Assembly (NCBI GenBank): GCA_963739455.1
Contig: CAVUAK010000001.1
Span: 96,001 to 160,000, forward strand
DNA: 64,000 nucleotides
Direction: 5' to 3'
From: an uncultured Gemmatimonadales bacterium
Lineage (GTDB): Bacteria; Gemmatimonadota; Gemmatimonadetes; Gemmatimonadales; GWC2-71-9
Under the pieces are notes generated by a model that saw only the letters and a list, made by a program, of their open reading frames with translations, searched no databases and was not told the origin of the DNA. The position numbers were made by a program, and so were the translations under genes. Shown here in pieces: positions 1 through 14,721 of the stretch (position 1 is the stretch's first letter; each line of letters opens with the position of its first letter).

Positions 1-614
1 TCCAGCAGATGATGCGCGCGCGCGGTGACACCACGCCGCTCACCATGGACATGCCCGAGGCACAGAAGGCCGTCGCGTTCCTCGTCGAGCATCACATTGT
101 CGTGGACCCCACGATCGCGCTCTACGAGCTCAATGCGCATCCCGCCGACCAGCCGGTGAGCGCCTTCGAGCCCGGCGTGGACAAGGTGGCCCCCGAGCTT
201 CGCCAGGCCCTCACCCACACCGGCGCCGAGCCCGCCGACGCCGCCAAGGCCCAGGCACGGTTCAGGACGCAGCTCGAGATCATCGGTGCGCTGCACCGGG
301 CCGGGGTGCCCATCGTCGCCGGCACCGACGTCACCGTGCCGGGCTACAGCATTCATCGCGAAATTGAGCTCTACGTGCAGGCGGGGTTCACCCCCATGGA
401 GGCGATCCAGGCGGCGACCATTGTCCCGGCGCGGGCCATGAGACTGGACAAGGAAAGCGGCACCCTGCAACCCGGCATGCGCGCCGACGTACTGGTAGTG
501 AGCGGAAATCCACTCGAGCGCATCAGCGACACGCGGAATGTCCGCTTTGTCATCGCCGACGGTCGCTACTTCGACCCGGCACCACTCTGGACCAGCGTCG
601 GCTTTACGCCATAG
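1..614 (+). CDS. Amidohydrolase-family protein (imidazolonepropionase-like), C-terminal part; starts before the window
   Basis: GVPIVAGTD, 'EIELYVQAGFTPMEAIQAATIVPA', 'GTLQPGMRADVLVVSGNPLERI' are typical amidohydrolase C-terminal motifs. Confidence 0.85.
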   Translation, partial: QQMMRARGDTTPLTMDMPEAQKAVAFLVEHHIVVDPTIALYELNAHPADQPVSAFEPGVDKVAPELRQALTHTGAEPADAAKAQARFRTQLEIIGALHRAGVPIVAGTDVTVPGYSIHREIELYVQAGFTPMEAIQAATIVPARAMRLDKESGTLQPGMRADVLVVSGNPLERISDTRNVRFVIADGRYFDPAPLWTSVGFTP

Positions 615-615
615 G

Positions 616-636
616 CCCTGTTCCCTGTTCCCTGAT
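616..636 (+). repeat. (CCCTGTT)n heptamer tract directly after a stop codon
   Basis: ccctgtt ccctgtt ccctgat; same unit at 12696-12716 and 15401-15415. Confidence 0.75.
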
Positions 637-671
637 TTGCACAGATCGCCTCAATGCGGCATCCTATTGTC

Positions 672-1569
672 ATGACCACGCCGATCGAAACCGAGATGGC
701 CGCCGACCCCGCCGTGCGGCCCACCGACAGTGACCTGGACATCTTCGGCCTGACCCACCCCGGTCTGGTGCGGAAGACGCAACCAGGATCACTTCCTCAT
801 CGCGTCCCTGCGCCGCCAGGTGGAGATCCACCTCACCAGCCTTCCCGCGGACACCAAGTGGCCCGCCGCCAAGCGCCTCGCCTTCATGGGCATGGTCGCC
901 GACGGCGTCGGCAGCACCGAGTCCGGCGAGGAGGCCAGCCGCCTCGCCGTCGAGCGCGTCACCGAGTACGTCACCCAGTGCGTCCGCGCCTACCATGCCT
1001 CCGAGGGCGACCGCGACACCCTGTTCTCCGACGCCCTGGCCGACGCCGGCATGCAGGTGCACGCCGCCATCCTCGAGCACTCGAAGGACGAGGATGTCCA
1101 GCGTCGCATGGCCACCACCCTCACGCTCTGGATCGGTATCTGGCCGAAGGCCTACCTGCTGCAGGTGGGTGACAGCCGCTGCTACATCATGCGCGACGAC
1201 AAGCTCATCCAGATTTCCCGCGACCAGACCATGGCGCAGGAACTCATCGACCAGGGCATCCTCAATCGCACCGATGCCCCACGAACCCGCTGGGCCAACG
1301 TCCTCTCCAGCGCCATCGGCGGCCACGCCGCCGCGCCCGTCGTCACCCAGATGGACCAGTTCTGGGGCCAGGTCGGCCTCCTCTGCAGCGACGGCCTCTT
1401 CAAGCACGTCTCCGATGAGCGCATCGCCGAGCGGCTCCGCACCATGACGTCATCACGCCAGGTCTGCCAGGACCTGCTGCAGGACGCCCTCGACGGCGGC
1501 GGCACCGACAACATCACCATGATTGTGGGACGCACCGCCAGTAAGCCATCGAGGCCATCCCTCTCCTGA
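672..1569 (+). CDS. PP2C-family Ser/Thr protein phosphatase (one apparent frameshift near 780)
   Basis: Joined frames give GLTHPGLVRK-NQDHF, VADGVG, MATTLT, VGDSRCY, SRDQT, LLCSDGL, GGTDNIT. Confidence 0.9.
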
Positions 1570-1606
1570 GTCGTGGCAATCCCGAGATACCAGCTAGGAG
1601 CCCCCG

Positions 1607-3862
1607 TTGAAGACCCGTTACGCCATCGCGCTTCTCACCCTGTGCGCGGCGACCGTGCACGCGCAGGTCCCCGCCGCCACCACGGCCAACCTGAAGCTCA
1701 TCTTCGACTCGACCTACTTCGACACCCAGCGCTTCGGCCCTGCCCGCTGGATCGAGGACGGCACCGCCTACAGCACCGTCGAGCGCTCCCCCACCGTGAA
1801 GGGCGGCCGCGATATCGTCCGCTACGACACGAAGACCGGTGAGCGCAGCATCCTCGTCCCCGCATCGAGCCTCATCCCGGCCGGCGACTCGATGCCCCTC
1901 CGCATGGCCGACTACACCTGGTCCGCCGACGCGAAGAAGCTCCTCATCTTCACCAACACCGAGAAGGTCTGGAGACAGAACACCCGCGGCGACTACTGGG
2001 TGCTCGACCGCACCGCGTCCACCCTGCAGCAGGTCGGCGCCTCGGCGCCCAAGTCGTCCCTCATGTACGCCAAGTTCTCCCCCCAGGGCGATCGCATCGC
2101 GTACGTGAGCAAGGGAGACATCTACGTCCAGCGACTCGACGACCAGTCGATCACCCGCCTCACCACTGGCGCCGACTCGCTCCACGTGAACGGTATGAGC
2201 GACTGGGTGTATGAGGAGGAGTTCGGCCTGCGCGACGGCTTCCGCTGGTCGCCCGACGGTGAGAAGATCGCCTTCTGGCATTTCGACATGACCGGCGTCG
2301 GCACCTTCCTCATGCTGAACAACACCGACTCGACCTATCCGTTCACTGTGCCGATCCAGTATCCCCTCGTCGGCACGACGAACTCCGCCGTCACTGCCGG
2401 CGTCGTGAGCGCGCGCGGCGGCGACATCACCTGGATCCAGGTCGCCGGTGACGCTCGGCAGAATTACCTGCCGTGGATGGAGTGGGCCGGCTCGAAGGAA
2501 CTCCTCCTGCAGCGTATGAACCGGCTGCAGAACACCAACACCGTGCAGCTCGCCGACGCTGCCACTGGCACCGTCCGCACCGTCTTCACCGAGACCGACG
2601 CCGCCTGGCTCGACCTCATCGACGATGTCACCTGGCTCAAGGACGACAAGCGCTTCCTCTGGCTCAGCGAGCGCGACGGCTGGCGCCACGTGTACGCCGT
2701 TTCTCGGGAGACAGGCGCGGCGCAGCTGGTGACGAACGGCAAGTTCGATGTCGTCGCCGTTGCCGCTGTCGACCAGAAGGGCGGCTGGCTCTACTACATG
2801 GCGTCGCCCACGAACGCCACACAGCTCTACCTCTATCGCACCCGGCTCGACGGCAAGGGCCAGCCCGAGCTGATCACGCCCTCGGCGCAGGCCGGGCGTC
2901 ACTCGTACTACGTCTCACCCGACACGAAGTGGGCCATGAATCGCTGGTCCACCTTCGATACACCGCCGGTCAACGACCTCGTCTCCCTTCCCGACCACAA
3001 GCTGGTGCGCAACCTCGTGAGCAACACCGAGCTCGCCGAGCGGGTGAAGCAGTTCATCACGCCGGGCCAGTTCTTCCAGGTGACGGTGCAGGATGGCGCT
3101 ACACTCGACGGCTGGATCATCAAGCCGCGCAACTTCGAGGAGGGGAAGCGCTACCCCCTCCTCATGTACGTCTATGGAGAACCGGCGGGCACGACGGTGC
3201 AGGACTCGTGGGGATACGCACAGCGTCTCTGGTTCCAGGCCATCGCCGACGCTGGCTACATCGTGGCCAGTGTCGACAACCAGGGGACACCGGCGCCCAA
3301 GGGTCGCGCCTGGCGCAAGGCCGTCTACGGCCAGATCGGTGTGCTCTCCAGTGCGCAGCAGGCTGACGCCGTGAAGGTCATGGAGCGCACCCGTCCTGAA
3401 ATCGATCCCACCCGCGTCGCCATCTGGGGCTGGAGCGGCGGCGGCTCTTCCACACTTCAGGCGATGTTCCGCTATCCCGACGTCTATCAGGTCGGCCTCA
3501 GCGTCGCCTCCGTTCCCGACCAGCGCTTCTACGACACGATCTACCAGGAGCGCTACATGGGGCTCCCCGACTCGAACGCCGCCGGCTACAAGTCTGCCTC
3601 TGCCATCAACCAGGCCGAGGGGCTCAAGGGCAAGCTGCTCATGGTCCACGGCACCGGCGACGACAACGTCCACTATCAGGGCGTCGAGCTCATGGTCAAC
3701 CGCCTCATCGAGCTCAACAAGCAGTTCGACTTCATGCCCTATCCCAATCGCACCCACTGCATCTGCGAGGGTGACGGCACCACGCTGCACATCTACAGTA
3801 CGCTCACGCGGTACCTGATGGAGCACCTGCCGGCCGGTCCGCAGATGACCACCTTGCCGTAG
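1607..3862 (+). CDS. Secreted dipeptidyl-peptidase IV (S9B)
   Basis: Signal peptide, DWVYEEE motif, GWSGGG nucleophile, HGTGDDNVH, terminal His (NRTH). Confidence 0.93.
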   Translation: MKTRYAIALLTLCAATVHAQVPAATTANLKLIFDSTYFDTQRFGPARWIEDGTAYSTVERSPTVKGGRDIVRYDTKTGERSILVPASSLIPAGDSMPLRMADYTWSADAKKLLIFTNTEKVWRQNTRGDYWVLDRTASTLQQVGASAPKSSLMYAKFSPQGDRIAYVSKGDIYVQRLDDQSITRLTTGADSLHVNGMSDWVYEEEFGLRDGFRWSPDGEKIAFWHFDMTGVGTFLMLNNTDSTYPFTVPIQYPLVGTTNSAVTAGVVSARGGDITWIQVAGDARQNYLPWMEWAGSKELLLQRMNRLQNTNTVQLADAATGTVRTVFTETDAAWLDLIDDVTWLKDDKRFLWLSERDGWRHVYAVSRETGAAQLVTNGKFDVVAVAAVDQKGGWLYYMASPTNATQLYLYRTRLDGKGQPELITPSAQAGRHSYYVSPDTKWAMNRWSTFDTPPVNDLVSLPDHKLVRNLVSNTELAERVKQFITPGQFFQVTVQDGATLDGWIIKPRNFEEGKRYPLLMYVYGEPAGTTVQDSWGYAQRLWFQAIADAGYIVASVDNQGTPAPKGRAWRKAVYGQIGVLSSAQQADAVKVMERTRPEIDPTRVAIWGWSGGGSSTLQAMFRYPDVYQVGLSVASVPDQRFYDTIYQERYMGLPDSNAAGYKSASAINQAEGLKGKLLMVHGTGDDNVHYQGVELMVNRLIELNKQFDFMPYPNRTHCICEGDGTTLHIYSTLTRYLMEHLPAGPQMTTLP

Positions 3863-3867
3863 CGAGG

Positions 3868-5292
3868 ATGACCAGCCCCGCTCCCTTCCTCCTCGCCGGT
3901 TCCCTCCGAACCGGCGCCGTGACAGCCGAGATCCGCTCCCCCTTCAACGGCGCGATCGTCGGCCACGCCGCCCTCGCAAACCGCACTGACGTCGAGGCGG
4001 CGCTTGACGCCGCCGTTGCCTCGGCCCGCGCTGCCGCCGACATGCCCTCGCATGCCCGCGCCGCCGTCCTCGCCCGCATTGCCGACGGCCTCGACACCCG
4101 CAAGGACGAGATGGCTCGCCTCCTCGCCGCCGAGGCGGGCAAGCCCTTGGCCCTCGCCCGCACCGAGATCGAGCGCGCCGCCTTCGTCTTCCGCCAGGGC
4201 GCCGGGGAAGCCACCCGCATCGGCGGAGAAGTCATCCCGATGGACCTCGCCCCGCACGGCGAGCACCATATCGCTATCACTCGCCGCTTCCCGGTCGCAC
4301 CCATCTCGGCGATCGTCCCGTTCAACTTTCCCGTCCTGCTGGCCGCACATAAGCTGGCGCCCGCGATCGCCTGTGGCGCCACCATGGTCCTCAAGGTGCC
4401 GCCCCAGGATCCCCTCGCCACTTACCTCCTCGCGGAGATCGTGGCCAACGCCGGCTATCCGCCCGGCGCCCTCTCGATTTTCCTCTGCTCCAATGAGGAC
4501 GCGTCGCCCCTGCTCGACGACCCGCGGGTGCGCATGGTCACCTTTACCGGGTCAGCCCGGGCCGGATGGGCCATCCGCCAGCGCGCCTTCACCAAGCGGG
4601 TGACCCTCGAGCTCGGCGGCAACGCCGCCGTCATCATCGAGCCCGACGCCGACCTCGACCGCGCCGTGCAGCGATGCGTCGCCGGTGGCTACCTGTACGC
4701 CGGGCAGTCGTGCATCTCCACCCAGCGTATCCTCGTTCACGAGTCCCGCTTCGCCGAGTTCACCGAGCGGTTCGTCGCCGCCGTGGGCGCGCTTCGCACC
4801 GGCGACCCGTTCCTGGAGACCACCGACGTCGGTCCCATGATCGACGAGGCCAACGCCATCCGCGCCGCCGAGTGGATTGCGGAGGCAGTCGCCGGCGGTG
4901 CCCGGCTCGCCGTGGGCGGCACTCGGACTGGCGCCATCCTCCAGCCCGCCGTGCTGCTCGACACGAAGAGCGACATGCGCGTAAACTGTGAGGAGGTCTT
5001 CGGGCCGGTCACCACCCTCCGGCCCTATTCCAGCTTTGACCAGGCCATCGACACGGTGAATGATTCGCCCTGCGGCATCCACGCCGGGCTCTTCACCAAC
5101 GACATGCGGACGATCCTGCTCGCATTCGCCCGGCTCGAGCTCGGCGGCCTGGTCATCAACGACATCCCCAGCTATCGGGTCGATCACCTGCCCTACGGCG
5201 GGGTGAAGCAGTCCGGACTTGGCCGCGAAGGCGTGCGCTACGCGATCGAGGAGATGACCGACCTGCGGCTGCTCGTGCTCGGCGACACCTGA
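3868..5292 (+). CDS. Aldehyde dehydrogenase family protein
   Basis: PFNFP, FTGS, LELGGN, GQSCIS, EEVFGP, PYGGVKQSGLGREG. Confidence 0.93.
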   Translation: MTSPAPFLLAGSLRTGAVTAEIRSPFNGAIVGHAALANRTDVEAALDAAVASARAAADMPSHARAAVLARIADGLDTRKDEMARLLAAEAGKPLALARTEIERAAFVFRQGAGEATRIGGEVIPMDLAPHGEHHIAITRRFPVAPISAIVPFNFPVLLAAHKLAPAIACGATMVLKVPPQDPLATYLLAEIVANAGYPPGALSIFLCSNEDASPLLDDPRVRMVTFTGSARAGWAIRQRAFTKRVTLELGGNAAVIIEPDADLDRAVQRCVAGGYLYAGQSCISTQRILVHESRFAEFTERFVAAVGALRTGDPFLETTDVGPMIDEANAIRAAEWIAEAVAGGARLAVGGTRTGAILQPAVLLDTKSDMRVNCEEVFGPVTTLRPYSSFDQAIDTVNDSPCGIHAGLFTNDMRTILLAFARLELGGLVINDIPSYRVDHLPYGGVKQSGLGREGVRYAIEEMTDLRLLVLGDT

Positions 5293-5315
5293 CCCTCACG
5301 CCCTGTGGAGTTGCA

Positions 5316-6300
5316 ATGCGCTCACTCGTTGTGACTGTGGCCCTCTCTGCGGCCATCGTCCTGCCGCTCCATGCACAGCGGACCGGCTCCGCACCATACC
5401 GCGACAAGCAGATTCCCCATGAGGCCGGCTTCCGGGTGTTCATCGTGCCCGACATGGAAGGAATGGGGAGCGCCGTCGACAGTCGCGAGATCCTCGCCGG
5501 CAACGAGGGTGCCGCCTACAAGGACCTGGTCGTCACCCGACTACTGGGATCACTTTCGCTCCCTGCTCACCCAGGAAGTGAACGCCACGATCAGGGGTGC
5601 GCGCGCCGGCGGCGCCGCAAGCTTCGTCGTGAATGAGGGCCACGGTGGCAATCTCTTCGCCAACGTGCTGCCCTGGGACCTCGACAGCACCGCCATCCTG
5701 GTCCGCGGCTTTCCCAAGCCACTGATCATGGTCACCGGCATCGACAGCAGCTTCGGCACCCTGATGTTCATCGGCGCGCACGCCAATGCCGGCAGCCAAG
5801 GGCGTCATGCCGCACAACTTCGCCTTCGATTCCTTCACGGTGAACGGCAAGGTGCTCAACGAGGTCGGCATCAACGCGTTGATCGCCGGTGAGCTGGGTG
5901 TTGCGGTCTCGCTGGTGAGCGGCGACGACGTGCTCATCGCCGAGACGAAGCCGATGCTCACCAACGGATTCGTCGCCATCGTCACCAAGCGCGCCGTCGG
6001 CCGGAGCGCGGCGATCACCTACAGCCCGGTCAAGGTGCGGCAGCATGCTGCAGGCGGGCGCCACGGAGGCGGTGCGCCGGGCGACGAAGGGCGAATTCAA
6101 GCCGCTCGTTCTCGATGCAAGCCGTACCAGGTGCGTTCACGATCCGGCGCAGCTACGCCGACAGCATCGTGACGCAGGTGGCCGGCCTATCCGAGTTCAA
6201 GCTCGAGAAGATCGACGAGCGGACCTTTACGCTCACCACAAACAGCGCCAGGCAGATGGGCTGGCTGCTCGACGCGATCGAAGAGACGGTGATCCGGTGA
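5316..6300 (+). CDS. M55 (DppA-like D-aminopeptidase) metallopeptidase with signal peptide; several apparent frameshifts
   Basis: Joined frames: DMEG, EVNATIRGARAGGA, NEGHGG, GAHANAG, MPHNF, NEVGINA, SGDD. Confidence 0.82.
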
Positions 6301-7322
6301 GGCGGCTCCTCCTTGGCCGCCGCGCTGGTCCTGCCGGACCGCGCGTGGCCCAGGCTCCGCGACGCCCGCAGCCGCCCCTCCGCCGCGCGACACCACGCCG
6401 CCCGGCGGCGTCTTCGGCGTCACCGAGTACCAGCTCGCGCGCCAGAAGCTGGAACACGTCATGCAGAACGGCGGATTCAGCGTCTACATCATTGCGGACA
6501 TGGAGGGACTCGCCGGCGTCGTCCGGAACGCCGACCGAGATGCGCCCGGTAGCCGGGGCGGAATCCAGGCGCAGCACGAGCAGTTCCGCGAGGAGCTGAC
6601 CGCCGAGGTCAACGCGCTCATCGCGGGGGCGCGCGCCGCGGGCGCCACCCAGTTCATCGTGAATGAGGGCCACGGCGGCACACTCTTCCGCAACGTCCTC
6701 GTGGACCAGCTCGACCCGGAGGCCATCCTGATTCGCGGCTATCCCAAGCCGATCGTGATGTCCACCGGGATGAACCCCATGGTGGACGCCATGATGATCG
6801 TCGGGGCCCACGCCAACGCGGGCAGCCCGGGGTCATCTCCCACAGCTTCGCGTTCGACTCCTTCACGATCAACGGCAAGATGCTGAACGAGGCCGGGATC
6901 GCCGCCTTCATCGGCGGCGCCATGGGCGTGCCGATGGCGCTGGCCAGCGGGGACGACGTCCTCACCGCGGAGACCCGCGAGATGCTCGGCCCCCTCGAGA
7001 CGGTCACCGTCAAGACGGCCTTCTCCCGGTCGGCGGCCGCGGGCACTCTTCCCCGAGGTCGATCGCCAGCTGCAGGCCGGCCGCCACGCGCCGTCCGCCG
7101 GGTGAAGGCCGGCGAGAACAAGCCGCTCGTCATGGCCAAGCCGTACGAGGTGCGGTTCTGCCTTCGCCGCAACTACGTCGAGGACGAATGGGTGCGCAAC
7201 ACGATCGGGCAGTTCGACGGCGTGAGGGCCGACGGCGACGTCGGGTGCTTTGCCTACACCACGGAGTCGGCCGAAGCGGTGGGCAACCTGCTGAACGAGG
7301 TCGAGTGGACCGTGCTCAAGCC

Positions 7323-7326
<4 letters not shown>
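6297..7326 (+). CDS. Second tandem M55 (DppA-like) peptidase; apparent frameshifts
   Basis: GTGA overlap with the upstream stop; ADMEGLAG, EVNALIAGARAAGA, NEGHGG, GAHANAG, NEAGIAA, SGDD. Confidence 0.82.
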
Positions 7327-10023
<2,697 letters not shown>

Positions 10024-10027
<4 letters not shown>

Positions 10028-12695
10028 CCGCCCCTTCCCGCCTCGCGGTCGCCCTCGCCGATCGCTATCGCATCGAGCGGGAGATCGGCGCCGGCGGCAT
10101 GGCCACCGTCTATCTCGCCGAGGACCTGAAGCACCACCGCCAGGTCGCCATCAAGGTCCTGCGCCCCGAGCTCGGCGCCGTCATCGGCGCCGAGCGCTTC
10201 CTCGCCGAGATTCGCACCACCGCCAACCTCCAGCACCCGCACATTCTCGGCCTCATCGACTCCGGCGAGGTCGAGGGCCTGCTCTACTACGTCATGCCCT
10301 TCATCGAGGGCGAGTCCCTGCGCGATCGCCTGTCGCGCGAGAAGCAGCTCCCCATCGATGATGCCGTGCGCATTGCCACTGAGGTGGCGAGTGCCCTCGA
10401 CTACGCGCACCGTCACGGAGTCATCCACCGCGACATCAAGCCGGAGAACATCCTCCTGCACGACGGCCGCGCCCTCGTCGCCGATTTCGGTATCGCGCTC
10501 GCCGCCAGCAAGGCCGGCAGTCGCATGACCGAGACCGGCATGAGTCTCGGCACGCCGCACTACATGAGTCCCGAGCAGGCCATGGGCGAGCGCGAGATCA
10601 CCGCCCGCTCGGATGTCTACGCGCTGGGATGCGTCACCTACGAGATGCTGACCGGCGACCCGCCGTTCACCGGCTCCACGGCGCAGGCCATCGTCGCGCG
10701 CGTGGTGACCGAGTCGCCGCGGCTCATGGTTCCGCAGCGGCACACCATCCCGCCCCAGGTGGAGGCGGCGGTGCTCACGGCGCTGGAAAAGCTCCCCGCC
10801 GATCGCTTCGCCACGGCAAAGGATTTCGCCGACGCGCTCGTGGGTACCGGCAAGGGCGCGCGCTACGCCGCGACGGTGGCCGACATCAGCGACCCGCCCT
10901 CCCCGCCCTCCCCGCCTTCCCCGCCTGGCGGTCGTTCGCCGCCTACTCGCTGCCGCCGCGGCACTCGCCGGCTGGTTCTTCAATGGCGCCGCGCCGCGCC
11001 AGCCAGCCAACCACCATGCAGTACATCTCCCTCGGCGACAGCTTGTCGCCGAGCGTGAACGTGCCTGGCCTGGCGCTCTCGCCCGATGGCGCCACCATGG
11101 TGGTCAAGGAAAGCGCCCAGAACGGACGGCTCTGGGTCAAGCGCGCTGCGGCGCTCGATCCCGTCCCGATTCCCGGCACTGAACGCGCCAACAATCCGGT
11201 CTTTTCCCCCGACGGCGAGTGGATCGCCTTCGTTGCTGACCAGAAGCTCCGCAAGGTTCGGCTCTCCGGTGGCGCGCCTGTTACCCTCGCCGACTCGGTC
11301 GAGGGAGGTTTTAGCGGCATCGCCTGGCTCGACGACCAGTCCCTGGTCTACGTGTCACCTGACTTCACCAGGCTGCTCCGCACCAAGGCAGCCGGGGGTG
11401 CCAGCGATACCCTCCTGACCAACGCCGGGCAACAGGACCTCGGCTTCCTCTATCCGTCGGCGCTGCCCGGAGCACGGGGTGTGCTGTTCCTGCTCTGCAA
11501 TTCTGGCTGCTTCATCATGAGCCTGCATGTGCTCGACCTTCGCACCGGCAAGGAAAAACTCCTGCTCGATGATGCGGCCGAGGCCTGGTACCTGCCGAGC
11601 GGGCACCTCCTGTACACCCGCCGTGACGGCACCGCGCTCGTGGCGCCCTTCGACCTCGACCGCCTGGAGCTGAAGGGACCGGGGGTCTCCGCACTCGACC
11701 ACGTGATGGTCACCCGGGGGTCTGCCCAGCTCGCCTGGTCACCTTCGGGCACCGTCATCTACGTGACTGGCGCAAGCACAAGTACCGAGAATACCGTCGC
11801 ACGCGTGGCGCACGACGGCACAATTGCTCCGATCGACACCACCTGGACCGGGCACTTCGCCTCGATGGCGATCTCGCCCGACGGGCGGCGACTGGCGGTC
11901 GAGGCTGGTACCGGCAGTGGCGGCCTGAACATCTGGATCAAGCAGCTCGAGCGAGGCCCGTTCACCCGCCTCTCTTTCGGCGGCGGCGACCGGCGCCCTG
12001 TCTGGTCACCCGATGGGCGCACGGTGGCGTTCATCCGCGATACGCTCGGCAGCAGCCTCGTGGCGGCACGCTTCGCCGATGGCAGCCGGCCCGACACCGT
12101 CATGGTCCACCTCAGCGAACCCGTGCAGGAGTTTGACTGGTCCCGCGATGGGCGCTGGCTCGTGCTCCGCACCGACAACGGCAGCAAGGGCGCCGGCGAC
12201 CTCATCGGCGTCCAGACCCGCGGCGACACGACACCGGTGCTGCTGGTCGGCAGCCCCTTCACTGAAATCAATCCTGCGATCTCGCCCGATGGGCGCTGGT
12301 TGGCCTACGCCTCCAACGAGTCCGGCAGGAACGAGATCTATGTCCGCCCCTTTCCCAACACCGGCGATGGACGGTGGCAGGTATCCACGGGTGGTGGCAC
12401 CCAGCCCCGCTGGTCGCCCGACAACAGCGAAGTGTATTTCCTCGACCCGGTGCAAACGCTCATCGCCGCGAAAGTCACCGCACGCCCCGGGTTCGCCATC
12501 ACCGACCTGCACCCGCTCTTCGATGCCTCCAGGCTCGGCTACAGTCCGTTCCATCAGTCATATGATGTGACGCCAGACGGCCGCGCGTTCATTTTCGGGG
12601 CTCCCGTGGGCGCGGGCGCCAATTCCCGTACACCGAACCTGGTACGTGTGGATCACTGGTTTCGGGATCTCAAGACTCGCCTGGCACAGCACTAA
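10024..12695 (+). CDS. Ser/Thr kinase-TM-TolB-like beta-propeller receptor, paralog 2; apparent frameshift about 10930-10990
   Basis: ATGA-coupled to paralog 1; full kinase motifs; SPDG repeats; ends YDVTPDG...DHWF. Confidence 0.9.
10893..10926 (+). repeat. (CCCCGCCYT)n 9-mer repeat in kinase 2 linker
   Basis: cccgccct ccccgccct ccccgcctt ccccgcct, encoding PPSPPSPPSPP. Confidence 0.85.
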
Positions 12696-12738
12696 CCTCT
12701 TCCCTGTTCCCTGTTCCCCCTCCCTGCCACATTCCAGC

Positions 12739-13906
12739 ATGCACATCCACATCGATCCCCTCGGCGGACTGGCCGGGGACATGTTCGTCGCCGCACTCGC
12801 TGACGCCTTCCCTCTTCTGCGCGACGAGGCGGCAAGCCTGATCTCGGCCCAGGGCTATCCCGCGGCACTCCACGTGACGTTCACTGCCCACAATGATGAC
12901 GTGCTCAGCGGACAGCGCCTGGCGATCGACGCCCCGCCATATGGCGGCGCCAGCTATCCCGAACTCGACGCACAGCTCGCACAGGCCAATGCCGAAGCAT
13001 CAGTGCGGGATCTGGCTCGCCGCGGTCTCCGCCTGCTCGGCGAAGCCGAGGCAGCCGTGCACGGCGTACCCCTCGCGCAGGTGCACTTTCACGAGATCGC
13101 CGGGTGGGACACGCTGGTCGACCTGCTGCTCGCCGCATTCTTCGCGGTGCGAAGCGGGGCCACGAGCTGGTCCGTGGCGCCGCTCCCGCTCGGTGGCGGC
13201 CGGGTCGAGACCCGGCACGGCCTGTTGCCCGTTCCGGCACCAGCCACCGCGGCCATCCTGAAGGGCTACCGCGTTCGTGGACGACGGCATCGGCGGCGAG
13301 CGCATCACCCCCACGGGGGCGGCGATCCTAGCGGCCCTCGCAGCCGGCATTCGAAGTCGCGCCCGGAACACTCGTCACTACCGGATACGGGTTCGGCAGT
13401 CGGAAGCTGCCCGGCATCAGCAACTGCACCCGCGTCCTGGTGTTCGACACCGAGCATGCCGCGATGCCGACACCGTGGCCGTGCTCGAGTTCGAGATCGA
13501 TGACCAGTCCGCCGAGGACCTGGCACTGGGCGTCACCCGCATTCGCGACGATGCCGATGTGCTCGATGTCGTTACCTGGCCCGTGTTCGCGAAGAAGGGC
13601 CGGCTCGCGACCCATGTGCAGGTGCTCGCCCGGTCGACGGCCGCGCGTCGCGTGGCCAACCTCTGCTTCGCCGAGACCACGACACTGGGTGTCCGTACCG
13701 GCACCGCCGCGCGCGTGACCCTGCCGCGGACGGCCAGCACCATCCACGTCGCGGGGCAGGAGGTACGCGTCAAGACATCCACCCGCCCCGACGGCACCGC
13801 GCAGGTCAAGCCGGAAATGGATGATCTCGCGCAGGTCGGCGATCGCGAGGCACGCGAGCGCGTGCGACGCGCCGCGCAGGAAGCGGCGGGGAGGACCAGC
13901 CGGTGA
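12739..13906 (+). CDS. larC: Nickel-pincer cofactor nickel insertase LarC; apparent frameshifts about 13270, 13360 and 13465
   Basis: GGLAGDMF, EAAVHG..VHFHE, HGLLPVPAPAT, ERITPTGAAIL, GYGFG, EIDDQ, KKGR, ETTTLGVR, KPEMDD. Confidence 0.9.
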
Positions 13907-14721
13907 GCGAAGACGTGACCGGGCCGCTGTCGCGGTTGCACGCTGTTCTCGAGCAGATGGGACCGGTGCTCGTCGCGGTGAGCGGTGGCATCGACAGCCT
14001 CACGCTCATGGCCGTGGTGCACCGGCTCGGCGCAGGTCGCGCGGTGCACGCCACCTCACCTGCCGTGCCGGCCGCCGCCCTCGAGCGCCTGCTCGCGATT
14101 GCGTCCCGCGAGGAATGGGATCTCCAGCTGGTTGACGCCGGAGAGCTCCAGGATCCGGACTATCGGCGCAATCCGCTCAACCGCTGCTACTTCTGCAAGT
14201 CGAGCCTTTACCGCGCCGTCGAGGACATCGCTCGGCGCAGCAACACCATCGTCGTCTCGGGAGCCAACCTCGACGACCTCGGCGATTTCCGCCCCGGCCT
14301 CGAGGCGGCACGGCAATCCGGAGTCCGGCATCCCCTCATCGAGGCCGCGATCGGCAAGGCCCACGTCCGCGCCATCGCGCGCGCCGTCGGGCTCGGCGAT
14401 CTCGCCGATCTCCCTGCGTCACCCTGCCTCTCGAGCCGCGTCGAGACCGGCATCGCCATTGACCCGTCGCTGCTGGTCGCCATCGACCGCGCCGAGACGG
14501 TAGTGCGCCGGGAGCTCGCCGTGGATGTCGTGCGCTGCCGCATCCGCCCCAACGCGTGCGAGATCGAGCTGGGCGACCTCGACGGCACGACACCAGCGAC
14601 ACGCGAACTGGCCGCGTCCGCTGTTGCCGCCATACTCGCCGAGTCCGGAATTCGCCTTCCCGTGCGTTTCAGCCGCTACCGCCAGGGAAGCGCCTTCATC
14701 GGCGCACCGGCCATCGCATGA
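13903..14721 (+). CDS. larE: LarE-family ATP-dependent sulfur insertase (PP-loop)
   Basis: SGGIDS PP-loop, NRCYFCK, DDLGDFRPG, PASPCLSSR; lies between larC and larB. Confidence 0.9.
   Translation: MSEDVTGPLSRLHAVLEQMGPVLVAVSGGIDSLTLMAVVHRLGAGRAVHATSPAVPAAALERLLAIASREEWDLQLVDAGELQDPDYRRNPLNRCYFCKSSLYRAVEDIARRSNTIVVSGANLDDLGDFRPGLEAARQSGVRHPLIEAAIGKAHVRAIARAVGLGDLADLPASPCLSSRVETGIAIDPSLLVAIDRAETVVRRELAVDVVRCRIRPNACEIELGDLDGTTPATRELAASAVAAILAESGIRLPVRFSRYRQGSAFIGAPAIA

Noticed and set aside
13260..13480. Programmed ribosomal frameshift in larC, as in Lactiplantibacillus larC1/larC2
   Set aside because: About three separate shifts, no slippery A-run, and the same error pattern throughout the window.
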